Notes: a model not told the origin generated them from the sequence alone. A stretch of DNA of 64,000 nt from Spirochaetota bacterium (GCA_963664815.2 CAXXHB010000003.1:3232001-3296000), one strand, 5' to 3'; counted from the first letter of the stretch, positions 31,763 to 42,609 are shown. Program-made: numbers and translations.

Positions 31763-32272
31763 TTACTGAACTGTCCTGACTTTATTAAGAGTCTCTTCTA
31801 CAAGAGTTTTCTGATCATTCGGATTAAGGTTCTTATTGATTATTTTTGCAGCTATGTCTGTCGAAAGGACAACAATTTCTGCTTTAATGTCAGCAAGAGC
31901 TTTATCTTTTGCCAGAACTATCTCTTTTTTAGCTCTATCTGATATATCCTTAGCATCAGCTCCTGCTTTTTCAATGATTTCATGTCTCATCTTTTCCGCT
32001 TCAGATTTAGTGTCTGCAATAAGTTTTGCAGCTTCATTCCTGGCGTTATCCATCATTAACTTGTGCTGAGCTAAAAGCTTTTCAGCTTCCTGCCTTGATC
32101 TATCAGCATGTTCAATATCACCGCGTACTTTTTCCGCTCTAGCGTCAAGCGCCTCTGTAAGAGGCTTCCAGGCAGCTTTCCAGAGGATCAGTAGTAATAC
32201 AACAAATGTTATCACTGTCCATAAAAGCAGACCCGGCTCAACCCTCAGTAAACCTTCCTGTATAACTTCCAT
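31763..32272 (-). CDS. atpF: F0 subunit b
   Basis: N-terminal TM (PGLLLWTVITF) followed by a coiled coil. Confidence 0.96.
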   Translation of the reverse strand: MEVIQEGLLRVEPGLLLWTVITFVVLLLILWKAAWKPLTEALDARAEKVRGDIEHADRSRQEAEKLLAQHKLMMDNARNEAAKLIADTKSEAEKMRHEIIEKAGADAKDISDRAKKEIVLAKDKALADIKAEIVVLSTDIAAKIINKNLNPNDQKTLVEETLNKVRTVQ

Positions 32273-32300
32273 AGCTCAATACCAACGGCTCCCGGTTATA

Positions 32301-32600
32301 CTACTTTGCAGCTTCTGGAGCTTTTACAGCTTCAACTGCTTTTTCAGCTGCTTTAACTGGAGCTTCTTTTGGAGCCTGAGTTGCCAACATGAAAGTAACA
32401 ACAAGCGCGAAAAATGTAAAACCTTCTATAAGAGCAGCTGCAATAATCATAGCTGTTCTGAGGTCACCGCTCACTTCAGGCTGACGAGCCATACCTTCGA
32501 GTGCGCTTCCTGCAAGTCTACCAATACCAAGTGCTGCACCAACAACAACAAGACCTGCTCCTAAACCAGCTGCTAAGTACGACATTCCCAAATATTCCAT
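32301..32600 (-). CDS. atpE: F0 subunit c with an A/P/K/E-rich C-terminal tail
   Basis: GxGxGxG, ARQPE, AALIEG. Confidence 0.97.
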   Translation of the reverse strand: MEYLGMSYLAAGLGAGLVVVGAALGIGRLAGSALEGMARQPEVSGDLRTAMIIAAALIEGFTFFALVVTFMLATQAPKEAPVKAAEKAVEAVKAPEAAK

Positions 32601-32698
32601 CAAATTCCTCCTGAAAATTTAGTGTTTTTGTAATTTAATTAACTAAATTAAATTTAATTAACAAATCCTATATCTCCCCTGTAATAATAATTACAGGT

Positions 32699-33670
32699 TT
32701 AATGAGCATGTACAGATGAACCAATAAACATCGCTGAAAGTGATGTAAAAATATAAGCCTGAATAAATGCAACAAGTAACTCAAGCAGATATATTATCAG
32801 CGAAAGAGATACTGATCCCACACCAACAAGATAACTCTGGAACATCATAACAAGATAAATAAATATTATTATTACGATATGTCCTGCAGTCATGTTGGCA
32901 AAAAGTCGGACGGTGAGAGCAAAAGGTTTAATAAACAAACCCATTATCTCAATCGGCCATAAAAGAAAATACATTAAAAATGGAATTCCATGAGGAACAA
33001 CACCTGTAAATATCCACAATGGACCCTGCGCAATAGTTCCCACAATAACCATTCCAAAAAGAGTAAAGATAGCCATTCCGGCAGTAACTGCAAGATTGCC
33101 TGTTGAAGTAGCCAGTGAGGGAATCAAACCGAGATAATTTGCAAACAATATAAAGAAAAATACTGTAAGAAAATAGGGCATTGCTTTTTTCGCAGTGCCA
33201 TGCTCAAAATTAGGTTCAACTATATCATCATGAACGAAACCAATAAGAGCTTCCCACATGTTCACCCATCTCGAGGTAGAACCCATGGGAGATTTTTTGA
33301 CTTTTCTTGCCAATGGTATAAAAACCAGAGCACAAAGAAAAAGTGCCAGCCACAGCATTAAAACCCATTTGGTAATTCTTAAATCACAAATTCCAAATAA
33401 TTTCACCGGATCAGCTTCAATAATCTCAATTGCATGCCCATGCATACATTCTGTAACTGAAGATGAATGTGGAGTCTGAAAGCCGAGAAATGTATTTAAT
33501 TTAAAGATAAGATTTCCGAAAAACTCAGAAATACCATGAGGATGCACATGATAAAGGAAGGGATGATCTGTTACGTGATTGATAACGATGTCATACATCG
33601 AATCTTCCCCACACGCGCTGCTGCCTGCTGATGTAACAAATGAATTGACGAATTGAACAAAACGGACCAT
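32699..33670 (-). CDS. atpB: F0 subunit a with a His-rich N-terminal extension
   Basis: ALTVRLFANMTAGH, VAFIQAYIF. Confidence 0.96.
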   Translation of the reverse strand: MVRFVQFVNSFVTSAGSSACGEDSMYDIVINHVTDHPFLYHVHPHGISEFFGNLIFKLNTFLGFQTPHSSSVTECMHGHAIEIIEADPVKLFGICDLRITKWVLMLWLALFLCALVFIPLARKVKKSPMGSTSRWVNMWEALIGFVHDDIVEPNFEHGTAKKAMPYFLTVFFFILFANYLGLIPSLATSTGNLAVTAGMAIFTLFGMVIVGTIAQGPLWIFTGVVPHGIPFLMYFLLWPIEIMGLFIKPFALTVRLFANMTAGHIVIIIFIYLVMMFQSYLVGVGSVSLSLIIYLLELLVAFIQAYIFTSLSAMFIGSSVHAH

Positions 33671-33974
33671 ACGGATTCAACCTCATTTTGTATATATATT
33701 TAGTTACGCTACAAGACACCATTGCGATGCAATAATATCCACTACTATCTTGTACAATATATATAATCCATTGCGGATTAACCGGCAAAAACTTCTTTTT
33801 TTTATTTTTAAAGTAATTGATAAATGATTAACAATTACAGTTTAACTTGGTATGTGATTAAACAAACACAAATATTTTGTAAATCTTTTTTTTTGTTTAT
33901 CAAATATTTTTTTAGATTAAATCCCCGTAAACTATCAAATCTGACTCTTATGGAGCCAAAGCCCTTTTACTGCG

Positions 33975-34241
33975 CTAATTCCATTTAACTCTCTTATTCT
34001 CATCTTTTTTTTTATTATTCAATGAAACATTATCGTTACCAATTTGAAGATTTTTCAATAAATGATAAAAACCAAGAACCATGCCAACAATTGTCCCGAT
34101 TACAAGGAAAAGAGGTGTTTTATTCAAATATAAATCAAGCTTATGACCACCATACACAAAAATCAGCATCGTAATAGCAAGCTGAAGACCTACTGTAATA
34201 TGCGCAAAAATCACCTGACCTGAATTCCTGTTATCTGACAC
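33975..34241 (-). CDS. AtpZ/AtpI-family (ATPase gene 1) membrane protein
   Basis: GLQLA..GGHKLD..TPLFLVIG..GM; GTG start with RBS AAGGAG. Confidence 0.85.
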   Translation of the reverse strand: MSDNRNSGQVIFAHITVGLQLAITMLIFVYGGHKLDLYLNKTPLFLVIGTIVGMVLGFYHLLKNLQIGNDNVSLNNKKKDENKRVKWN

Positions 34242-34414
34242 TGTACTCTCCTTAAAAAATTTCATATAAATATATTGAAACATTACTAAAAAATACAAGA
34301 CTTATTATAAATCTTAATTTTTTATTTAGCAAATATTTTTTTCCCAACTAATGGTTAAACAAAATGATGACGATAATCTCCTAGTAACCTATTGAGTACA
34401 ACTAGAGGGTAATA

Positions 34415-34666
34415 ATGAACATTTCAATTAAATTAATAGATAATGGATCTGAATACATTGCCAATTGTCCTGAGCTTGATATAAACTGCTATGGATCTAA
34501 TAAAGATGAAGCATTACGCCGCATTAAAGCCGTAATCAACTTCTATGTCAACTCCGCAAAAGAACTCGGGATTAGTATTACTACGCCAAATGATATATCT
34601 TTTGACGGATCTGATATAAACTTTTTTGCAAATCAGACATTTCAGAATAATAATCTAATTAATTGA
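34415..34666 (+). CDS. HicB-like protein, orphan
   Basis: YIANCPELDINCYGSNKDEAL..I. Confidence 0.7.
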   Translation: MNISIKLIDNGSEYIANCPELDINCYGSNKDEALRRIKAVINFYVNSAKELGISITTPNDISFDGSDINFFANQTFQNNNLIN

Positions 34667-36001
34667 AAAATCTTTACTTAAGATTTTAAAATTTCCTTCA
34701 TTTATTATTCCATCGTCCCATACTTTTTTAATGGATTTGAGTTTTTCTCTATTGAGATAATTGATTATATCTTTTCTGGAATCCTGAAATGATAATAAAA
34801 ATTTTGTTTCTTTGCCTTTTATATTTTTTATCCGGTAATACTTCGTATCTCTGTTTTTAAAATATTCACTCCGCACTTCTTCATTTGTAACTTTTATACT
34901 TTTCTGAAGTATCTGATATTTAAATGAACCTGCAATAGTTGCACGTTTAAGATAAAACCAGTTACGTTTAAAAACAGGATCTTTATCAATGGATATTCTT
35001 TCAGCCATCTGAGCGAAAAGTCTTTCTTTTAATATTTTCTCAGAAGTAATCTTTTTTTCTTTTATTGGAAATTCATCAACAGAGAGTACACCATGCTTTA
35101 ATGAATAAAACAGCTTCAGAATATCATCAAGCTCACCGGAAGTAAAGCTATCTCCATCGATTGAAAAGATTAATTCACCTCTTTTTTTAAATCCGGCAGT
35201 ATCAATATTTGAAATTATACTGGTTTCTTTTAAAATTTTATTATACTGTTCATCAAGATTTTTATTTTTATAAAAATCTATTATTCTGTCTGAATTCATT
35301 TTTTCTTTTACTACATCAATGATATTTTTCTCATTAAGTGCATATCTTTTATGTAATTTTATCAGGCATAATGACCTGCCCGACCTGACTGGTTCTCTTG
35401 TGTATTCATTCTCATTAAGCTGACTCACAGCTCGTCTGATATCTTCTTCAAGTACAAGTTCAGGAATTATTCCAAGATGCCCTTTCTTCTTTGCTGCAGC
35501 ATCTTCAGAAAATTTAGCCGCAAGTTCATTAAAATCTTTCCCTGATTTTAATTCATTCAGTATACTTTCTAAAATATATTGTTTATTTTCTAATTCCCGT
35601 GATTCATCCACGCTCTCTTTTTTAAGAAAAAGCCTGATTATACTGATATCTACTGCATTTTCAGCAAAGTTTACTTCTTCCCTTTGTTTATTTGAATAAA
35701 AAGTTGATAATAAGTTTTTATATAACGTTTTTTCTACAGTCTTATATATTTCTTCATTTTTAAATCCGGAGTTTTCAGCCTTGTATGCTGTTACTTTTTC
35801 AACCGCAACTTGTCGAAGATAATCATTCATGGCGAATTTATCTTTATAAACGGATTTAACAGAGATATTCCGGCTCTCAAGCCAGTCATTAAATTCCTGC
35901 CTTGTAATATTTTCTCCATTTATTACAGCAAAAATTTCACTTCCCTTATTGCATGATAGAGCCAGCAGGAATATGACAGGTATTATATTTATTATTTTCA
36001 A
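34655..36001 (-). CDS. Parvulin-type peptidyl-prolyl isomerase lipoprotein (PrsA/SurA-like)
   Basis: Lipobox LSC; AVINGENIT; DFNELAAKFSED..KKGHLG. Confidence 0.85.
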   Translation of the reverse strand: MKIINIIPVIFLLALSCNKGSEIFAVINGENITRQEFNDWLESRNISVKSVYKDKFAMNDYLRQVAVEKVTAYKAENSGFKNEEIYKTVEKTLYKNLLSTFYSNKQREEVNFAENAVDISIIRLFLKKESVDESRELENKQYILESILNELKSGKDFNELAAKFSEDAAAKKKGHLGIIPELVLEEDIRRAVSQLNENEYTREPVRSGRSLCLIKLHKRYALNEKNIIDVVKEKMNSDRIIDFYKNKNLDEQYNKILKETSIISNIDTAGFKKRGELIFSIDGDSFTSGELDDILKLFYSLKHGVLSVDEFPIKEKKITSEKILKERLFAQMAERISIDKDPVFKRNWFYLKRATIAGSFKYQILQKSIKVTNEEVRSEYFKNRDTKYYRIKNIKGKETKFLLSFQDSRKDIINYLNREKLKSIKKVWDDGIINEGNFKILSKDFSIN

Positions 36002-36792
36002 CGTAAATTATCCCTTAATTCCATGCATATCTGAGCATAAGCCGAATGATTATGTATCGACTCCATATTCTCGGATTCAACAGAAAACCATAAAATCCCC
36101 CTGGTTTGCATTAGCTTTTCTGCAGCATTCCTCACCATGTCCTCCACGAATGCAGGATTTTCATATGATTTTTCAGTAATATATTTTTCATCTTCTCTTT
36201 TTAATATTGAATAAATCTCGGAGCTTGCCGAACTTTCGGCAATTTCAATTATATCCTCAATCCATATTTTCTCTTTTGCCTCAATCTGCACTGTAAATAT
36301 TGATCTTTGATTATGTGCACCAAAAGAGCTTATCTCCTTAGAACATGGACATAGCGATAACACCGGGACCTTAACTTCCAGCATGTAGTAATCAACATCA
36401 GAATTTGCCAGGAGTCTGCACGTATAATCCATTTTAGCTTTTTCTCCGGAAACAGGGGCTGTCTTTGTTATAAAATAGGGAAATTCGATTTCAAAATGAG
36501 CAGTTTCAGAGTCAAGTTCGGTTTTCATCTCCTCAAGGATATCTCTTACGTTCTTAGTTGAAATACCATTTCTGTAACGGTTTAAAATTTCCACGAATCT
36601 GCTCATATGAGTACCTCTGAATTGATGTGGCAGATTGACATACATATTGACCTTGGCAACCGTGTGCTGGCTCCCCTCATCCCGGTCAAGAACGACAACC
36701 GGGTATTTTATATCCTTCACACCGACTTTATCAATCGGCAATTTCCTGTGATCTGGTTCAGATTGTATATCTCTTAAATCTCTTTTCTCCAT
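35998..36792 (-). CDS. folE2: GTP cyclohydrolase IB
   Basis: GTHMSRF, LCPCSKEIS, GAHNQRS, ESIHNHSA. Confidence 0.96.
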   Translation of the reverse strand: MEKRDLRDIQSEPDHRKLPIDKVGVKDIKYPVVVLDRDEGSQHTVAKVNMYVNLPHQFRGTHMSRFVEILNRYRNGISTKNVRDILEEMKTELDSETAHFEIEFPYFITKTAPVSGEKAKMDYTCRLLANSDVDYYMLEVKVPVLSLCPCSKEISSFGAHNQRSIFTVQIEAKEKIWIEDIIEIAESSASSEIYSILKREDEKYITEKSYENPAFVEDMVRNAAEKLMQTRGILWFSVESENMESIHNHSAYAQICMELRDNLR

Positions 36793-36890
36793 GATACATT
36801 CCTGTTTTGACAAATACAAATATTTTAAAAACAACTTCTTACAGACATATCCACTGATTAAGTTTTAATTAAAAAACATAAACCGGAGAA

Positions 36891-37649
36891 TTATTCAGCT
36901 GTAAGAATTACAGGGCCATCCTTTGTGACAGCTATTGTATGTTCAAACTGCGCCGAAAGCTTACCATCGCTTGTAACTGATGTCCACCCATCCTCCTGAA
37001 CAACCAGCTCATCAGATCCCTCTGTAACAATCGGTTCCACTGTAAGAACCATCCCTGGTCTTATCATTGTCCCCTTCCCCTTCTCTCCATAATTTGGCAC
37101 AACAGGCGCTTCATGAAGAGCAAACCCAACCCCGTGTCCTGTAAAGTTTTTCACTACCGAATATCCGAGGCTGCGCACGCAGCTTTCCACAGCAAAGCCT
37201 ATATCTCCGGTATATTTTTCAGATGTTACCTCTGCAATACCTGTCTGCAAAGCTGAAAAAGCAACCGAGACAATACGATCAGCCTCATCTGTTACTTTTC
37301 CCACTTTAAAAGTTGAACAGGAATCGGCAAAATAACCATTCATCACTGTTCCTGTATCAATTTTCACTATATCACCCTGTAAGATTTTTTTCTTTTTTCC
37401 AGGTACCCCGTGTGATGCAACCTGATTTATTGATATACATGAAGCGAATGAATATCCCCTGACAGTCTTAAAAGCAGGTCGCGCCTTATTTCTGATAATA
37501 TAATCATCAATAAAAGTATCAAGTTCCCAGGTTGAGACACCATCAAGATCCATCATATTAATTTTCTGAAATAACTGATAAATAATAAGTCCGCTTTCTT
37601 TTATTCGTTTAATATCACTGTCAGTTTTTAGCCGTACAACCCGGTTCAT
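36891..37649 (-). CDS. map: Methionine aminopeptidase type I
   Basis: SHGVP, GHGVG..LHE, EP, SAQFEHT. Confidence 0.95.
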   Translation of the reverse strand: MNRVVRLKTDSDIKRIKESGLIIYQLFQKINMMDLDGVSTWELDTFIDDYIIRNKARPAFKTVRGYSFASCISINQVASHGVPGKKKKILQGDIVKIDTGTVMNGYFADSCSTFKVGKVTDEADRIVSVAFSALQTGIAEVTSEKYTGDIGFAVESCVRSLGYSVVKNFTGHGVGFALHEAPVVPNYGEKGKGTMIRPGMVLTVEPIVTEGSDELVVQEDGWTSVTSDGKLSAQFEHTIAVTKDGPVILTAE

Positions 37650-37666
37650 TATATAATCAGCCTCTT

Positions 37667-38785
37667 CTATTCTGTAAATATTTCCGGATCTGCTTTTACT
37701 GATGCCGTCGATTTGTTTATTTCCGTTTTTTGAACACTCTGTTTAGGTGATTCTACAGGTTTTTCAACTACCGGCGTCTCTATAAGTCCGGCTTCTTTTT
37801 TAATTTTCGCCTCAATCTCTTTACTAATTGCCGGATTATCTTTAAGATACTTCCTTACATTTTCCCGCCCCTGACCTATGCGCTCTTCTCCATATGAATA
37901 CCATGTACCCGCTTTGTTTATTATATCATACTTAACAGCAAGATCAAGCACTCCACCTTCACGCGAAATTCCCGCATCATACATAATATCAAATTCAGCC
38001 TGTTTAAACGGAGGTGCAACTTTATTTTTTACGACTTTTACTCTTACCCTGCTTCCTATTGAATCATCTCCATTTTTCAGTGTTTCAATTCGTCTTATAT
38101 CAAGCCTTACCGATGAATAGAATTTCAAAGCATTCCCGCCAGTTGTAGTCTCTGGTGATCCGAACATCACACCTATTTTCATCCTGATCTGGTTAATAAA
38201 TATTACACATGTATTTGACTTAGATATAACACCGGTAAGTTTTCTCAGCGCCTGGCTCATTAGCCTTGCCTGAAGCCCCATGTGTGCATCTCCCATATCT
38301 CCGTCAATTTCGGCTTTCGGTACCAGTGCCGCAACAGAGTCTATTACTATTACATCAAGAGCCCCTGATCTGACAAGAGCCTCAACTATTTCCAGCGCTT
38401 CCTCACCGGTGTCGGGTTGAGAAACGAGCATATCTTCAGTTTTAACTCCAAGTCTGGCAGCATATGCCGGATCAAGAGCATGTTCAGCGTCTATAAATGC
38501 AACCGCTCCGCCAAGCTTCTGCGCCTCAGCTATAACATGAAGCGTCATAGTCGTTTTCCCTGATGATTCAGGTCCATAAATCTCAACTACTCTGCCTCTT
38601 GGAACTCCTCCGACTCCAAGAGCTATATCAAGTTCCAGTGAACCTGTAGAAATGGCTGGAATCTGAGCTTTGGCAGGATTATCCCCCAGTCTCATAATTG
38701 ATCCTTTGCCGAATTGTTTCTCAATCTGGAGCATTGCAGCATCGAGTGCCTGATTTTTAACGTTAAGTTCCTTCTGAATACTCAT
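37667..38785 (-). CDS. recA: Recombinase RecA
   Basis: [25 protein letters not shown]; start ATG 38785. Confidence 0.99.
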   Translation of the reverse strand: MSIQKELNVKNQALDAAMLQIEKQFGKGSIMRLGDNPAKAQIPAISTGSLELDIALGVGGVPRGRVVEIYGPESSGKTTMTLHVIAEAQKLGGAVAFIDAEHALDPAYAARLGVKTEDMLVSQPDTGEEALEIVEALVRSGALDVIVIDSVAALVPKAEIDGDMGDAHMGLQARLMSQALRKLTGVISKSNTCVIFINQIRMKIGVMFGSPETTTGGNALKFYSSVRLDIRRIETLKNGDDSIGSRVRVKVVKNKVAPPFKQAEFDIMYDAGISREGGVLDLAVKYDIINKAGTWYSYGEERIGQGRENVRKYLKDNPAISKEIEAKIKKEAGLIETPVVEKPVESPKQSVQKTEINKSTASVKADPEIFTE

Positions 38786-39070
38786 ATTATCCCCTTGATT
38801 ATAAAGATATTTAATATCTATACATACGAACAAATGTGGTTACTGTATTGATTTTTTCATGGCGATACATTCCCTTTATATTTACTCAATATATTTTGCA
38901 ATAAAATATTCGCCTTTTAAAACATTTGTTGTATGCTATATCGATGTATAGTATTCAATCGGATAATTTGTCAAGAATATTACTATATTTTTGTTTACGT
39001 ATTTCAAATTAAATAATTGCAGAAATTGAAGCAGTTTATAACAGTTTCATTCATATTATAAATTCAAGCC

Positions 39071-39180
39071 ATGGGGCAGCAATATAACTTATAGTTATCA
39101 TTGCACTTTTCTTGTTAAACGGATTTTTTGCATTCATTGAAACTTCACTGATTTCATTTCTGAAGCATCAGATGTACTGA
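39071..39180 (+). pseudogene. Frameshifted fragment of a DUF21/CNNM (HlyC/CorC-family) gene 5' end
   Basis: 39091 onward reads IVIIALFLLNGFFAFIETSLIS; ATG 39071 is out of frame; stop at 39180. Confidence 0.5.
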
Positions 39181-39324
39181 TAATACTTGAAAGGTTTTAA
39201 AAAGAAAAACAACAGCCTTCTTACAGATGGTGAAACACAAATAGATGTTAAAATCAGAAAAAAAGTAACAATCATATAACACTCATGATTTTAACTTAAA
39301 TCTTCTCTCTGTAAAATAATATTA

Positions 39325-39942
39325 TTAATACTCGTCAAGATCAACAGCATTACCGGCAAGCGTAGAACGAATTCCGAGAGATAACTGAAAACCCGAAGCA
39401 TTTGAAGATATATTATCTGAATGAAAACTTGTCAGTTGGTAACCTCCATTGATAAAAAAAGCAAAACCCTGGCTGATCCTGTAATTCAACCCTGCAAGTA
39501 ATTCAAAATGAGGCCCAAGATCTGAGTCTGTTCTGGTTTTTGATGGATCGATAAAAACACCATATTTTTCAGGTCCCTGTTTTGTTAAATAGGCTATACC
39601 TCCGCCAGCAGATATCTCCCAAAAAAGCGGCATATTCATCACAGAACGCATATGTCTGAAACCGATAACCGAAGGGATAAACAGCCTTGTCTCTTCAGTC
39701 GGCATATCTTCGTTTTCCACAGCTCCTGCAGCATATGTTGAAAAATAGAGACCGGTATTACTATCCCAGTATTTATTTAAAAACCTTTTACCGGCAATGG
39801 TTAGCCCCAATCCCTTAACTCCCCCCTCATCACCAACATTTGTATAAACTCCATATAAATCAAACAGTACAGTCGATTCCGCATTAATTACAAAACTACA
39901 GAGAATACATAAAACTAAAGAAAAAATATATTTAATCTTCAT
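39325..39942 (-). CDS. Exported protein, probable small outer-membrane beta-barrel
   Basis: Signal peptide; alternating G/aromatic strands (AGLNYRI, NGGYQ, QLSLGIR). Confidence 0.7.
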   Translation of the reverse strand: MKIKYIFSLVLCILCSFVINAESTVLFDLYGVYTNVGDEGGVKGLGLTIAGKRFLNKYWDSNTGLYFSTYAAGAVENEDMPTEETRLFIPSVIGFRHMRSVMNMPLFWEISAGGGIAYLTKQGPEKYGVFIDPSKTRTDSDLGPHFELLAGLNYRISQGFAFFINGGYQLTSFHSDNISSNASGFQLSLGIRSTLAGNAVDLDEY

Positions 39943-40693
39943 AAAAAATCCCTCTGTAAAAAACTTGTTTTTATAAATCGAAATAATAATTTAATCTTTT
40001 TTATTGTAAATAACAAAGTTATATTATACATATCACAATCACTGATACAATAGCTAATGCATTAAAAAAATAATGTCAAGAGATAATTAACCCTGTAATA
40101 ATCATTCATACTGAATTGAATCTATAAAACAGGATTTCTTCGAATATCTGGAAAACCCGTTAATACAGACAAAACATATTCATTAATATTATATAGAATC
40201 TTTAAAATGTTTAAGACTATTTTATATCTTTTTCAGTATCTCATCAAAATAAAATTTTCTAACCCGGATTATTCCATCATATAAAACAGAGAATACTTTC
40301 TCTGCATTTTCACAGTTTTCGTTTAATATGTCGTTCTTTATTTCACAACTGGTTCTTCCTTTAGAAATACCGGTACATCCAGATATGACCAAAATTAAAT
40401 TTGACCATCTAAAATAATAAATATAATTCAAATACCATCAGACTGAATAAACCGATCTGACTCAAGTTTATTTATACTTTTCTAATTCCGGAAACTACAG
40501 TTTTTAATAAGATAAAAGAAGTAGTATTTTCTTGACAAAATGCCTTAAATTATAATATTAAAAAATACTTAATATTATAATTGAGCAGAAATTCTTTATC
40601 GTACTTCAAACCTAATCAGGTATGTTAAGCCTGATTTATTAATTCTTATAATATCATCTGATAGATTTACTATTATTCCAATGGAGACTGATT

Positions 40694-41152
40694 ATGAATA
40701 ACCGCATTAGTTTACTTTTTATTATAACTGCTTCAATTATTGCCATTTCAGGTTGTGCCTCTACTCCGGAAGAAATTGCTCGGAAAGCCGAAACAGTAAA
40801 GATAATGAATACTATGACAGGAAAATGGAAACAGCAGATGGTTAATGATGAACCATCCACACAGACCGACAGTTTTCACTATGAATTTAAACTGAAGAAA
40901 AAAACAATTATTGTATATTTGGTCAGAGACAGGGATGAGGGACTTGATCTAAAAGGTGATTCCTCTGAATATATGCAATTTACTATGAATGGCAGAAGAC
41001 TCGTGGGTGAAAAAGAAATTAATGGAGAGGATGTTACGGTACTGGGGGCTATAAATGAAAACCTTACAGAAATGTTCTGGACATGGGAGGAACCAGGTAT
41101 AACTGACCTTATCGGGAACATTATCCGTTTCAAGGAGACTCTGAACCGTTAA
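40694..41152 (+). CDS. Hypothetical lipoprotein
   Basis: Lipobox ISGC; RBS GGAG. Confidence 0.8.
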   Translation: MNNRISLLFIITASIIAISGCASTPEEIARKAETVKIMNTMTGKWKQQMVNDEPSTQTDSFHYEFKLKKKTIIVYLVRDRDEGLDLKGDSSEYMQFTMNGRRLVGEKEINGEDVTVLGAINENLTEMFWTWEEPGITDLIGNIIRFKETLNR

Positions 41153-41370
41153 TTGTTATCAAACATTAATTATATTTTTATTAACATAATTTTAGAAAAG
41201 CTGGATTTCGTTTAACATTATTTAAATCAAGAAATTATTTAAACGTCTCTGATAAACTATATTTAAACTATACACAATAAAAAATATAAGTATATTTCAA
41301 CATGAAATTATTCCCTGCGCTGCCACACAATTTTGTTTCATAAACTGAAATCCCTTATTATCATTCAGCT

Positions 41371-42609
41371 TTATACAAGAGGTATCTGCACCTCACAGCA
41401 AACTTTGGTCTGCGGCCCCGAGATTATGTCGGAATGGTCTGTTACATTAAAAAGGCGTATACTACCCTTAAATTTTGCAGCAATCTTTTCACACATTGTC
41501 AGCCCTATTCCAAAATCGAGAGTATCGAACTCCTCGTATAATGTTTTTGTCATTCTGAAAAATGGTTCAAATATAATGTTTTCATAATCTGCAGTTATCC
41601 CGGTTACACCCTTGTCGTTTTTATCCGGCAGGTTCATCACATGCAGAAAAAAACGGTCACCTGTCATGTCTATAATCACTGTCACGGGAGATGACTTGCG
41701 GCTGAATTTCAGCGCATTTAATATTAATTCAGAAAACATTTTTTTAAAATAATCAGCATTTATCATGATATTTCTGTCTGAAAATACTTTTTTCTTATCA
41801 CACAGATGAACGGCATTGTCTTTCAGATGTATCATACTGCTGAAGGATTCAATGATTCCTTCAATTATATCATATATCTCACCTACTGTATACTCTGCGA
41901 TATCAAATCCGTTTCTTTCAATATTTTCAATTTCAGAAAAAACATATAAACCTTTTTTAGCATAAGAAATATTATCTTTTAACACATCTATGATGCCACT
42001 CTCTATCCTTAGCATGCCATCACTGTCCCCTTTGCCGTTGGCGCAGATAATATCAATAAGTGTAAGCAGACTGCCGAAACCGCTTCCCTGTGTAAAACTT
42101 CTTCTGAGCCCTTCAAAAAGTGAAGTATCATTCAGTTCAAGTTTCCTTGAAAGTATTTTTTCCTGCCATGTATACCATTCGAGCTGACTTTCAAGACGAT
42201 CACGTTTTTCCTTCTGAATAATTTTTTCTGTTTTTGCCATATCCAGGGTACCGCAAGTGTTCAGCAGTTTCATAAATACGTCGTTGCAATTCGCCGGTTT
42301 GACTATGTAATCATCCGCCCCCATTTTCATTGTCTTGACAATTACAGAGAGTTCCGAATGCGCTGACAGGATAAAAATTGTTATATTCTCACTTATAGCC
42401 CTTATATTTTCAATTAATTCCAGCCCATCTACTTCAGGCATTTCCAGATCAGTAATCACAACAGGGTAAGATTCTTTTTTCAGCTCGTCAAGGGCCTCCC
42501 TTCCGTTTGAACATACAGTTGAATGAAGTCCCCGTTTTGTCAGGAATGCGCTAAGAATCCTGGCGTTATACATATCGTCATCCACTATCAGAATCCGGTT
42601 GTTATCCAT
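41371..42609 (-). CDS. Receiver domain + HATPase_c protein (atypical hybrid kinase)
   Basis: VDDD, TDLEMP, YIVKP; ELILNALKFS, IFEPFFR, GIGL. Confidence 0.88.
   Translation of the reverse strand: MDNNRILIVDDDMYNARILSAFLTKRGLHSTVCSNGREALDELKKESYPVVITDLEMPEVDGLELIENIRAISENITIFILSAHSELSVIVKTMKMGADDYIVKPANCNDVFMKLLNTCGTLDMAKTEKIIQKEKRDRLESQLEWYTWQEKILSRKLELNDTSLFEGLRRSFTQGSGFGSLLTLIDIICANGKGDSDGMLRIESGIIDVLKDNISYAKKGLYVFSEIENIERNGFDIAEYTVGEIYDIIEGIIESFSSMIHLKDNAVHLCDKKKVFSDRNIMINADYFKKMFSELILNALKFSRKSSPVTVIIDMTGDRFFLHVMNLPDKNDKGVTGITADYENIIFEPFFRMTKTLYEEFDTLDFGIGLTMCEKIAAKFKGSIRLFNVTDHSDIISGPQTKVCCEVQIPLV

Noticed and set aside
33591-33788. 65-aa ORF as the missing atpI
   Set aside because: Not hydrophobic enough, overlaps atpB, and coincides with a promoter-like TTGCCG-17-TATATA and a leader hairpin
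38826-38960. LexA/SOS box upstream of recA (GAACAAATGTGG; TTTGCAATAAAA; CTATA-n6-TATAG)
   Set aside because: Only half-matches to the Firmicute GAAC-N4-GTTC and Leptospira TTTG-N5-CAAA boxes
40222-40431. 69-aa minus-strand ORF as a real gene
   Set aside because: TTG start with no clear RBS and no recognisable family; more likely debris
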